64,000 nucleotides of DNA from an uncultured virus (IMG/VR IMGVR_UViG_3300028048_002585) (lineage: Duplodnaviria; Heunggongvirae; Uroviricota; Caudoviricetes), in the IMG/VR virus record IMGVR_UViG_3300028048_002585. One strand, 5' to 3'. Position numbers and translations under genes: made by a program. Position 1 is the stretch's first letter; every line of letters begins with the position of its first letter. The notes beneath the pieces were generated by a model. It saw only the letters and a program-made list of their open reading frames with translations, was not told where the DNA came from and made no database searches. Shown in pieces: positions 31,083 through 40,337 of the stretch.

Positions 31083-32153
31083 TTGAGTGGATACGCAATA
31101 TTCAGAGCAGAAAAAATAACATCATCAAGTGAGATGTCTTCCCGGTACAATCATAATTACCGTGTATTTGACGTTGCCCATGCTGATCTTCTGAAGAAAG
31201 AACAGAATGTGGAACTTATCAATTCAAATGGTAAGACATATCAGGAGCTCTTTGATGATGAAATGTCCCGTCTCAGGATAGCGGGACTTAATTATGGTAC
31301 CCAGCGTAAGAATGCAGTACCGGGCATAGAAATATTTATGGGTTATTCTTATGATGCCGAGGGCGAAATATCTGTCGATGACTGGGCAAAGAAAAGTATG
31401 GAATGGCTGGATAAGACTTTTAATCCCGAGGGTCATACCATACGATTTGTGGACAGATCTGGCATAGAACGATCTCTTGCATCTGATAATATTAAAGCAG
31501 CTGTTCTTCACAGAGATGAATCGGCTGCGCATATACATGCATTTGTTGTTCCTATCGATGATAGGGGTAAACTGTCTGCTAAATTCTATACCCGTGACAG
31601 AAATGCAATGAGCTATCTTCAGTCTGATTATGCAGAGGCAGTTAAGGAATTCGGACTGAAAAGAGGAGTAAAGCACTCTCTCGCTACACACGAAGATATA
31701 ACCAAATACCATTCTTATATCAAGGAAGCAGTTTCATCAGAGCTTCCGTTCCCTGATCAGGGTGAGGATATCATGTCTTATCGTGATCGAGCTAATATAG
31801 AATTTCAGAAGGAAAAGGCGCAGCATAGACAGGACATTGCGGATCTTGAACAGAAGATCATTGAAGCCCGTGCCGAATCACTGGAAGAAATAATGACCAT
31901 GTCTTCGCGTTATGAAAAGTCAGGAAGACAGATGGAAAAAATTGCAAGGGAATTCGGAGTTGATGAGCTTTCAGATGGTGACGTAAGGCAGATAAGAAGG
32001 GTTTATAAGGAGACTGAGTCATTTAAAAAGGCTGTTGAGGATTATCCTGACAGACAGGAGGCAGAACGCGCGATGGCCGCTTTCAGACAGATGGTCGAGT
32101 GGCAACAGGAACGTGACAGACAGTTACAGAAAAAAGACAAAGAAAAAGAATAA
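31083..32153 (+). CDS. MobV/Pre family relaxase
   Basis: SGYAIFRAEK, HNYR, LHRDESAAHIHAFVVP, LQSDY...FGLKRG; TTG start after GAGGTG. Confidence 0.9.
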   Translation: MSGYAIFRAEKITSSSEMSSRYNHNYRVFDVAHADLLKKEQNVELINSNGKTYQELFDDEMSRLRIAGLNYGTQRKNAVPGIEIFMGYSYDAEGEISVDDWAKKSMEWLDKTFNPEGHTIRFVDRSGIERSLASDNIKAAVLHRDESAAHIHAFVVPIDDRGKLSAKFYTRDRNAMSYLQSDYAEAVKEFGLKRGVKHSLATHEDITKYHSYIKEAVSSELPFPDQGEDIMSYRDRANIEFQKEKAQHRQDIADLEQKIIEARAESLEEIMTMSSRYEKSGRQMEKIAREFGVDELSDGDVRQIRRVYKETESFKKAVEDYPDRQEAERAMAAFRQMVEWQQERDRQLQKKDKEKE

Positions 32154-32265
32154 AACAACGTAACAAACTTAAAGGAAGGGTTATCGGTCATACCGCTCCC
32201 TTCCTTTTTTTTGATGAACCGCCTATTCCATATCGTGGTTTAATATGTTCAGATGTTATAGAATG

Positions 32266-33336
32266 TTAATTTGAAATAACAAATATATTTTGTGCTGTTT
32301 CTCTTAGTTTCTGATTCTTTTTAATATCCTCAGTTATTCTGTCCGTGGTTTCTATATCAGATATCCCTGTTACAACCTTATCACAATTTGTATATATCAG
32401 CTCCCAGTCATCTTTATAAAGAGCCTTTAGCTGCTTTATGCTCTGCAGAGTCATTATTACAGAGATATTTCTTCTTTTGATAGTAGAAATACACTGTGAA
32501 AGGTTATAAATTACTCCCTCGTTTGCAATCTCATCTAACATTATATATACAGGGAGCAAATTATTGTTTTTTCTTTTCATCAGGACTCTCAGAATATGGG
32601 AGAAGAAAAATGGTTTGAGTGGAGACAGCACGCCATCATAAGGAGCCGATATTACAAAGAGCGCCGTTTTTTCTTCTGTCAGTCCTTTTATGTTCACTGT
32701 GTCGTTATCTGTCAGTTCCGCTGCTGCTCTAAGGTTGTAAATTTGGAGACGTACTCCTACTGATATAGCGATAGAACGTTTGGTTTTATCTGCACTCAGC
32801 TTGAATGTCTTGTAGCACTTACTGCAAAAGCTGTCGGGGTCTTTTTCTTCTATATCTTCAAGCATTATCTCAAGCGTGGAGATGTTTTGGCCATCAATCG
32901 GGCACATCTCTTGAATAAGAGTGTTCATTGTGGAAAAATTCCTGCTTTCCGGAGTACAGTAATAGTGCAGATAAGCTACGAGCATCATCATAAACAGTTT
33001 TTCTGATCTTTCCCAGAAGGGATCCGCCAGATTCTTATTCTTTTCTGTCGAGTTATATATATCATTAACAAGACTTACTATGTCATTTTCATCCTCTATG
33101 TACTCAAAGGGATTATAATGATCACTCTCCGCCGGTTTTGTAAAATCAATTATTTTAATTTTGTATCCGGCATCCAGAAGCTCTTTCGAAAGATCTGCGT
33201 ATATATCTCCAGTAATATCGTTGATGATATAGCTTCCTTGAAATTTTCTTATCTTGTCCTTCAATAACGAGGTTTTGCCGCTCCCACAGGGGCCTATTAC
33301 AATTGTATTATTGTCTGATATTGAAAACATTTTCAA
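32266..33336 (-). CDS. VirD4/TraG-like coupling ATPase lacking an N-terminal membrane anchor
   Basis: GPCGSGKT, YNPF, DPFWERSE, LDEIAN, LQSIKQLKALY. Confidence 0.85.
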   Translation of the reverse strand: MKMFSISDNNTIVIGPCGSGKTSLLKDKIRKFQGSYIINDITGDIYADLSKELLDAGYKIKIIDFTKPAESDHYNPFEYIEDENDIVSLVNDIYNSTEKNKNLADPFWERSEKLFMMMLVAYLHYYCTPESRNFSTMNTLIQEMCPIDGQNISTLEIMLEDIEEKDPDSFCSKCYKTFKLSADKTKRSIAISVGVRLQIYNLRAAAELTDNDTVNIKGLTEEKTALFVISAPYDGVLSPLKPFFFSHILRVLMKRKNNNLLPVYIMLDEIANEGVIYNLSQCISTIKRRNISVIMTLQSIKQLKALYKDDWELIYTNCDKVVTGISDIETTDRITEDIKKNQKLRETAQNIFVISN

Positions 33337-33347
33337 TTTCCTCCTCT

Positions 33348-34724
33348 TTATATATTTCTGTAATCTTTATTTAATCTTTCAGCGACAACTCTTGCTAATG
33401 GACTTCTTGTGCTTTCCTTTTCATCAAAACTACATATCTCACATAATGGAGAACCTTTCATAAGTTCTATCGCATATATAAGCCCATTATTACGCTGATC
33501 AAGCCGTGGTGTGTCAATCTGCGTATTGTCACCGATTAATACAATCTTTGTTCCTTCCGATGCTCTGCTTATGATACTCTGTATCTGACTTGGTGTACAG
33601 TTCTGAGCCTCATCAATAATGACATATTTTTTAGGAATAGATCTACCCCTGAGATATGCAATAGATTCGGCTTGAATAATGCCACTATCAAAGAAGTATT
33701 TTATCTTTTCATTGAGATCATTTGTCGTATCGTTTTTTTCACCTAATAAAACACCTAAATTATCATATATGCCACGCAGGAGCGGATCAATCTTTTCACG
33801 TTCCGAACCCGGAAGATGTCCTAATTCTTCATCCATAGTAACATTTGCACGGCATACAAGTACGTTTTGGTATTTTTTATTTTCAGTAACCTGTTCAAGT
33901 CCACAGGCGAGAGCCAATATCGTTTTACCTGTTCCCGCCGGGCCGTTTATAATCGTAAGCGGATGGTTTGTATAATCAGATAAAAGAGCTTCCATTGCAT
34001 AATGCTGTCCTGCATTTCTGGGTGATATCCCGTATGGGTTTTGACAGTCTTTTATATTATATAACGCTGACAGATACTCTCCGTTGTATTTACACAGCAT
34101 TGATCCACCGTTATATGTCTTTAGATTTATAAATTCATTCTGTGTCAGATTTATAAATGAATCTGTTTCGGGAACAGGGATCATTCCTTCCTTGGCAAAT
34201 CTGTTCATATCTTCTTCGGATATATATCTTTCAGAACGCCCGGAATAGATTTCGTATTCAGAAGACAATCTGTCATTCTTGTACTCTTCTACTTCTATTC
34301 CCATTATGTCTGCTTTGAGGAGCATATTTATGTCGTTGGTAACAAGTATCGTCCGTGTCTTGTCTCCTTTTGATATATGGTCCCTATCAAACTGCTTTGC
34401 AACGAGCAGAATGAGGTTGTCTTGCTTATTTCTGTCCCATCCTTCGGGAAGCAGGCTGAAATCGGCATCTCTCTCAAACAGAAGGTTGATTGTTCCACCG
34501 TCCTCAGTTTTTACGCCTTTTTTCAGATCACCTCTGTCACGGTAGTCCTTGATCAGCCTCAGAGCGGCTCTTGCACAGTACCCTCTGTCGGTTCTTTCTG
34601 CCTTAAATTTATCCAACTCCTCTATAACAGGGTATGGAATATATACATTGTTGTCTTCAAATTTGTTTATGCTTTCAGGGTTGTGAAGAAGTATGTTTGT
34701 GTCAAGAATATAGTTTTTCTGCAT
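33348..34724 (-). CDS. PIN-PhoH family protein (YlaK-like)
   Basis: ILDTNILL PIN domain; GPAGTGKT, YLRGRS, IIDEAQN, GDNTQID. Confidence 0.93.
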   Translation of the reverse strand: MQKNYILDTNILLHNPESINKFEDNNVYIPYPVIEELDKFKAERTDRGYCARAALRLIKDYRDRGDLKKGVKTEDGGTINLLFERDADFSLLPEGWDRNKQDNLILLVAKQFDRDHISKGDKTRTILVTNDINMLLKADIMGIEVEEYKNDRLSSEYEIYSGRSERYISEEDMNRFAKEGMIPVPETDSFINLTQNEFINLKTYNGGSMLCKYNGEYLSALYNIKDCQNPYGISPRNAGQHYAMEALLSDYTNHPLTIINGPAGTGKTILALACGLEQVTENKKYQNVLVCRANVTMDEELGHLPGSEREKIDPLLRGIYDNLGVLLGEKNDTTNDLNEKIKYFFDSGIIQAESIAYLRGRSIPKKYVIIDEAQNCTPSQIQSIISRASEGTKIVLIGDNTQIDTPRLDQRNNGLIYAIELMKGSPLCEICSFDEKESTRSPLARVVAERLNKDYRNI

Positions 34725-34738
34725 ATATATCCTTTCCG

Positions 34739-35128
34739 TCAGATCGTATCCTTCGTTTCTACTGACTTTGTCTTTAATTCACTTGCAAGTTTTTCAGCTG
34801 ATTCCTTATTTTTTACTATTAATATTCTGTTATCATAAATGTTAAACAGCTGGGCGCGAGCCAGATTCATATATTTGTCGTGCGGTGCAAAACGATATTC
34901 GTTATTGTCGTCCTTTCTCATAAGATATACATAGTAAGGCAGTATTTCAGCAAGAGGCAGGTCGTGGCTCATAAAATCACCTACTGTCGGCTTATAATAT
35001 GGCAGACGCATTCTGATGTCCATCACCTTTGAGTTTCGGTAATCATGTATTTCATCAGCCTTCTTCTCAAGGATACTCATTTCCTTTTTTGTTAATATGA
35101 CTTTATCCAGTATCTCTATCATAAGCAT
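34739..35128 (-). CDS. hypothetical protein
   Basis: Follows class A core at 35160-35171. Confidence 0.7.
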   Translation of the reverse strand: MLMIEILDKVILTKKEMSILEKKADEIHDYRNSKVMDIRMRLPYYKPTVGDFMSHDLPLAEILPYYVYLMRKDDNNEYRFAPHDKYMNLARAQLFNIYDNRILIVKNKESAEKLASELKTKSVETKDTI

Positions 35129-35251
35129 TCTCCGTTTCTATATTTTATTCTTCTATATATATTATGTATAAGTTTTGAAGTAAAATACCAAATCATCATA
35201 AAAGAACGCATTTTTACGAAATCGCATATTCCCTCCATACTACTACCTTTT

Positions 35252-37372
35252 TTACAGTTTAATCTTCAGCCTTGATATCCTATGCTTTATATTTACATTC
35301 CTGATACCACAGTTTATGGCTTTCGGTGAAGCGCAGAGGATGAGAAATTCTTTTGCTCTGGTCACTCCCGTATAGAGCAGATTCCTTTCTAGCATAAAAT
35401 AATGCTGTGTTACTATAGGCATGATGATGACGGGATATTCGGAACCCTGTGACTTATGGACAGTACAGGCGTAAGCGAGTACCAGGTCGTCAGAGTTGGT
35501 GTCGTTATACTCTACGCTCATGTCTCCGAAACTTACCATCATTGTCTTATTTTCTTCATCGTATGATGTTATTATCCCAACATCTCCGTTATATACACCA
35601 AGTTTATAACTGTTCCTCGTCTGCATGACCTTGTCTCCGACACGGAAATCTCCGAGCATGCCGGATACCTTTTCTCCTTCAGGATTGACAATTTCCCTGA
35701 TCTCCTGATTTATGCTATCTGTGCCGAGCTTTCCTGTATGCTGAGGGGAAAGGATCTGAACATCCATGATGCTGTATCTCGTAAGTGAGTTTTTTGTCAG
35801 CATGAGGATGTACTTGAGAATATCGTCGGCTTCCATATCTGTCGTATTATAAAAAAATACATCCTTTCCGTTCTCACATTTTGGCATGTGACCTTTATTA
35901 AGTGCATGTGCGGTTTTTATTATGTCACTGCCTTCGGCTTGTCTCTGAATCTTTGTAAGCCTTACTTTTGTATATTTGTCGTTTTCCACTATGTCTTTCA
36001 GAACTGTTCCCGGACCAACTGATGGAAGCTGATCTATGTCTCCAACAAGTACAAGTGACATCTCGTTCGGAATCGCTGCAAGGAGTGATCTCATCAATGA
36101 TATATCGATCATGGATGACTCATCGACTATGAGAACACTCTTCAGACCTTCTCCGAGCGGATTGCTTCTGTTTCTTGAAAATCCTTCTCCGTTAAATTCA
36201 AGAAGTCTGTGGATGGTCTTTGCCTCCATTCCTGTTGCTTCCTGCATTCTCTTTGCGGCTCTTCCGGTCGGAGCGGCACATATGATATAATTTCCAAGCT
36301 GTCTGTGTGCTTCTATTATGCCCTTTACTGTCGTTGTCTTACCTGTACCCGGACCACCTGTAAGTACCATCAGTCTCTTCTGTGTTGAGAGATATATGGC
36401 CTGCTGCTGTTCTTCGGTATAATCTATTCCTGTTTTATGGATGACATCTTCTGTTACGTCTTCGTTGAACATTTCCGTATTCATGGCTCTCAGGGATGCT
36501 GCAACTTCACGTTCATCATAGTAGAGTCCTTTTGTGTACAGGAATCCGTTCTCTTCGATTATGTTTCCTTCTGATATCATCTTGATGCATTCGGGCACGA
36601 TATGCTCTTCAGCTACTTCAAGAGTTTTTCCGGCTTCCTGATAAAAGTCATTGATCGGGTAGCATACATTGCCGAACTCGGTAAGTTCCGTAAGCTTAAA
36701 TACTATTCCTGCATCTATTCTGCGTGGATCTTCCCTGGCTATACCCATCTGCTGGGCAATCGCATCAGCCACTTTAAATCCCACTCTTTTTATATCATTG
36801 ATAAGCTGATAAGGATTCTCCTTCACCTTTTCAGCCGCATCTTCTCCGTATTGCTTGTATATATTGATAGCCGTCTTTCCGTATATTCCTATGCGTGCAA
36901 GACTTTTTATGGCTGACTGTTCGTTATTCTGTTTATTCCAGCTATTTATGATCTTTTCAAATTGCTTGTCTGAAAGATTAAGCAGATTTTTTATCTTCTC
37001 GGGTGATTCCTTGAATATTCTTTCTGTGTCAAATTGAAATGTCCCGACAATGGTCTTTGCTTTTTTCTTTCCAATACCGGCTATATTGTCGATCAAATAT
37101 CTTTCGATGCCCTGCAATGTAAGAGCCGTCCTTGGTACTGCTGTTTTTCCCTTAAACTGCCAACCGAATGAAGGATGTTTTTCAAAGGCTCCGTATACGG
37201 TAAAACAGTCTCCCGGCAGGACTTTTACGGCACTAAAAATAACAGTTATGGTTCCGTTATATGAAGGTGACTTACATACACAGATATAACTGCTGTCCTT
37301 TTCGTATCTTATCCTGACTACTTCTATATCCAGTTCAGGCATTTTCAGGAAATCTTCTAAACTAAGTTCCAT
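35252..37372 (-). CDS. recD2: RecD2/TraA-family SF1B helicase
   Basis: GIGKKKA HhH, GGPGTGKTT, APTGRAAKR, VDESSM, GDIDQLPSVGPG, TVHKSQGSEY, LYTGVTRAK. Confidence 0.93.
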   Translation of the reverse strand: MELSLEDFLKMPELDIEVVRIRYEKDSSYICVCKSPSYNGTITVIFSAVKVLPGDCFTVYGAFEKHPSFGWQFKGKTAVPRTALTLQGIERYLIDNIAGIGKKKAKTIVGTFQFDTERIFKESPEKIKNLLNLSDKQFEKIINSWNKQNNEQSAIKSLARIGIYGKTAINIYKQYGEDAAEKVKENPYQLINDIKRVGFKVADAIAQQMGIAREDPRRIDAGIVFKLTELTEFGNVCYPINDFYQEAGKTLEVAEEHIVPECIKMISEGNIIEENGFLYTKGLYYDEREVAASLRAMNTEMFNEDVTEDVIHKTGIDYTEEQQQAIYLSTQKRLMVLTGGPGTGKTTTVKGIIEAHRQLGNYIICAAPTGRAAKRMQEATGMEAKTIHRLLEFNGEGFSRNRSNPLGEGLKSVLIVDESSMIDISLMRSLLAAIPNEMSLVLVGDIDQLPSVGPGTVLKDIVENDKYTKVRLTKIQRQAEGSDIIKTAHALNKGHMPKCENGKDVFFYNTTDMEADDILKYILMLTKNSLTRYSIMDVQILSPQHTGKLGTDSINQEIREIVNPEGEKVSGMLGDFRVGDKVMQTRNSYKLGVYNGDVGIITSYDEENKTMMVSFGDMSVEYNDTNSDDLVLAYACTVHKSQGSEYPVIIMPIVTQHYFMLERNLLYTGVTRAKEFLILCASPKAINCGIRNVNIKHRISRLKIKL

Positions 37373-37436
37373 TTATTATCCTCTTATATTTTTATACAGA
37401 CCCCCGAAGATGGGGGTCTGTTTTCCTTTATGTCGA

Positions 37437-38285
37437 TTATGCTGATACTTTGGGACTGATAGCTTTAAGGAGCTCCTTGATGGAGCTTACGCTGTACATC
37501 CCGAATACTTTTCTTTCAAGATCCGGTATATCGCAGTCAATATCCGAAACCCACGCTTTATTAAACAGATCAAAGTAAGTCTTTGAGTAAGGTACGGTCG
37601 ATATGTATATCCTGTTCAGTTTGTGGTTCTTGTACCAGTGCCTTGCATCGATAACGTTGACCTTGTACGCTTGACAATTTGTTTCAATCTCTTTTTTTAC
37701 TTCGTATTCGTTTAATAAGAGACAGAACACCCTGAAAGTTGCAAGAACATCGTCTGCTGAATTATGAAACTCAATATTCATATCGCATCCGAGCATTGAT
37801 GACATCTTTTCCAGACTGTGGGCAACGGTCGGGAAGATCTCTTTTGCCATATCCAATACATCTATATGCTTCAAATAACTGAAATCTTCTCCGAGGTTTC
37901 TCTTATACATCTGTTTTATGAATTTTTCATCAAATGATGATGAATTGTATCCGCTTATCAGAGGAGCTTCTCCGAAGAAATCTTTTATTTCTTCTATTAC
38001 TTCCTTTTCAGATGGGCAATCCCTGACGGTATCATCACTTATATGATTTACTGCGGTTGCGGACTCAGGAATATGAAATCCTGGGTTTATGAATATGCTT
38101 TTTCTGTCAATAAAGTTCCAGTCTCCTGTGTACTGAACTTTAATAGCAGAAAATGAAACAATTCTCTCCGCCACGGGATTAAGTCCCGTGGTTTCGAGGT
38201 CAAATACTATCAGCGGCGTTCCTGCTTTAAGGAGCGCTCTGACTTCGTCTACGTCTTTTGCGACGCTTTTTGCTGCCTTTTCCAT
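37437..38285 (-). CDS. DEDDh 3'-5' exonuclease (DnaQ-like)
   Basis: FDLETTGL, GYNSSSFD, HNSADDV. Confidence 0.9.
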   Translation of the reverse strand: MEKAAKSVAKDVDEVRALLKAGTPLIVFDLETTGLNPVAERIVSFSAIKVQYTGDWNFIDRKSIFINPGFHIPESATAVNHISDDTVRDCPSEKEVIEEIKDFFGEAPLISGYNSSSFDEKFIKQMYKRNLGEDFSYLKHIDVLDMAKEIFPTVAHSLEKMSSMLGCDMNIEFHNSADDVLATFRVFCLLLNEYEVKKEIETNCQAYKVNVIDARHWYKNHKLNRIYISTVPYSKTYFDLFNKAWVSDIDCDIPDLERKVFGMYSVSSIKELLKAISPKVSA

Positions 38286-38304
38286 AAGCTGCTCCTTTCA
38301 TGGA

Positions 38305-39000
38305 TTAATTGAATGGCAGGTAACGTTCGACGGCTGATCCATCTGTTCCTGTCGCCTGTGTTTGTGTCTGTGTTACTGTCTGTTGTACAGGAGCTTTTAC
38401 TGCCTGCTCTGTTTTAGATGTGTTAGTTGCAGGTGGTGCTACGGGAGCTGCAGGTGCTGATGGGACGGGCTGCTTTACGACTTCTCTTGAAGTTTTCGTA
38501 AATTTCTTTTCAATCTTTGAATCCTTGTTGTATACATTTACGGATTCGATATTCCCGTTTTCGTCGTACTGGATATCCGTTACACGGAATCTGTCAACGC
38601 ACCAGCCATTATCATTAAGGTTTACGAGCTCGCTATTATCAAAATAGATAATAGGTGCCGTGTAAAGCTCTCTGCCTATACCCCAGCAGAATGCTGCTCT
38701 CTTAAACGAGTCGGATACAACTGACTTTGTTCTTTCTCTTGCACCGCCTGTGAAATCGCCTACATCTTCTTTCTCTATCCACTGACCAGATTCTTTGTCA
38801 TAGATAGCAATGTTACAGAATACGTAGTCCCCTTCCACTCTCTGATGTTTCTGCCATCCTGTGTTACCGACTGCTTCATCAAGGATGTTCTGATCCACAC
38901 GGGCATCCTTGTATAGTGCGAGAGCAAATCCACTCTCAAATTTCTGCGAGACTTTAACATCAATCTCATCTTTCTTGATCAAACGAAATTCTATCGACAT
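38305..39000 (-). CDS. Rad52/Sak-like single-strand annealing protein
   Basis: LYKDARVDQNILDE...WIEKEDVG...SDSFKRAAFCWGIGRELY; start moved to 39000. Confidence 0.8.
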   Translation of the reverse strand: MSIEFRLIKKDEIDVKVSQKFESGFALALYKDARVDQNILDEAVGNTGWQKHQRVEGDYVFCNIAIYDKESGQWIEKEDVGDFTGGARERTKSVVSDSFKRAAFCWGIGRELYTAPIIYFDNSELVNLNDNGWCVDRFRVTDIQYDENGNIESVNVYNKDSKIEKKFTKTSREVVKQPVPSAPAAPVAPPATNTSKTEQAVKAPVQQTVTQTQTQATGTDGSAVERYLPFN

Positions 39001-39018
39001 ATGCTTATCCTCCTTTCG

Positions 39019-39136
39019 TGTCAATAATTTCATATATATTATGTATAAATTTATTAACACCGAAAAAATGTGATATAGCCTTGTATTATTGGCTTTTTCT
39101 TATTTTTATTATACGATATATTGACGTATATATCAA
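39019..39136 (-). promoter_or_regulatory. Tandem class B promoter (39108-39136) and class A promoter (core 39037-39048) for the recombination operon
   Basis: TTGATA-TATACGTCAATATATCG-TATAAT; TTATACATAATA. Confidence 0.75.
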
Positions 39137-39206
39137 TAATAATATAATAAAAAGAGCCTTGATATCAATGTATCGTGGCTCTTTTGGACTCTCTCTGTCG
39201 GAATGA

Positions 39207-40130
39207 TTAGTCCTCATTCTCCATATTGTCGTATCCTGCTTCAACATCATCGTCCGTGATCTCGTCATAATTATTATTGATGGTATCTTCGTTTACGATA
39301 AATTGTGAAAGCTTACTGTTTCGGAGTATCTCTTCTCTCCTCCGCTGCTTAATTTCTGCTACTTCTCTATCTGAATAGAAATTACTGTTATACTCTGTTT
39401 CATAAGGAACTATCTCCAGTGCTCTGTCCATCCAGTCATATACTGTTCCGCATGTCGGACACGTTGCATGACGGTTAATGCTTCTTGCCTGAAGACATCC
39501 GTCTATGGTAACGCTGGTCCCGAGATGAATACGTTCTTTGTCCACTATGGCATTCTGACCGTATGACTTGACCCATGGGAAGTCTTTTCTGATGGACGGA
39601 TCGTCTTCCCGGACTGTGTATTTTCTATCTATGGCGAGCTGATACTGCGTGACGATAAGCTTTTTCTTTGGGCGTATCATCTTGGGCTCCCTGCAGATGT
39701 CACCTTCTATAAATACTCGGTTTGATATTTCTCTTATATCGTTGAGAAATGACAGGGCATTCTCTTTGGTTTCAAGCATATACTTATTTTCTACATATAT
39801 AGGCTCTATATAGATGGTTACACCCTTCTCTAAACCCAGATTTCCGCAGTCGGGACATCTGTGAGGCTTATTAACAAGTCTTGTAGACACTATTCCTGTC
39901 ACCCTGACAGCCATGTTGTATTTCCACTCGACCATTTTTGCCTTAATCTTGGGATTACGCGACATTACGATCGGCTGATCTATCTTTACAGTCTCCCTGT
40001 TGTCACCTATATGTCTGTATCCGCGGATAATGGCTATAACGGCGACCTGTTCCTCTACTCCGTTAGCATGAACGTTTGTTCCTGTCTTGAGGACTACGCC
40101 CTCAACATCAACTACATTTAAGATTGCCAT
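39207..40130 (-). CDS. Tandem OB-fold SSB-like protein with zinc-ribbon inserts
   Basis: NVVDVEGVV and NRVFIEGDICREP...LAIDR...GCLQAR; CPDCG and CPTCG; acidic tail. Confidence 0.7.
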   Translation of the reverse strand: MAILNVVDVEGVVLKTGTNVHANGVEEQVAVIAIIRGYRHIGDNRETVKIDQPIVMSRNPKIKAKMVEWKYNMAVRVTGIVSTRLVNKPHRCPDCGNLGLEKGVTIYIEPIYVENKYMLETKENALSFLNDIREISNRVFIEGDICREPKMIRPKKKLIVTQYQLAIDRKYTVREDDPSIRKDFPWVKSYGQNAIVDKERIHLGTSVTIDGCLQARSINRHATCPTCGTVYDWMDRALEIVPYETEYNSNFYSDREVAEIKQRRREEILRNSKLSQFIVNEDTINNNYDEITDDDVEAGYDNMENED

Positions 40131-40142
40131 ATTTACACCTCT

Positions 40143-40334
40143 CTATATCTCGTCCCAGCTGTGTCTGTTTATCTGTTTATCCCTGTCGGATACTTCTTCA
40201 CTGGTAAGCACCCTTGTTTCTGTCACTTCTTCTTCGTCATCAATTTCGTCAGGTTCTTCGAATCCGGTATCGCTGATATCTTTTTCCTGTACCTTGAGCA
40301 GTTTTATGATCCACTTCCTTAATTTCTGCAGCAT
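40143..40334 (-). CDS. small acidic hypothetical protein
   Basis: Operon spacing. Confidence 0.55.
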   Translation of the reverse strand: MLQKLRKWIIKLLKVQEKDISDTGFEEPDEIDDEEEVTETRVLTSEEVSDRDKQINRHSWDEI

Positions 40335-40337
40335 ATA

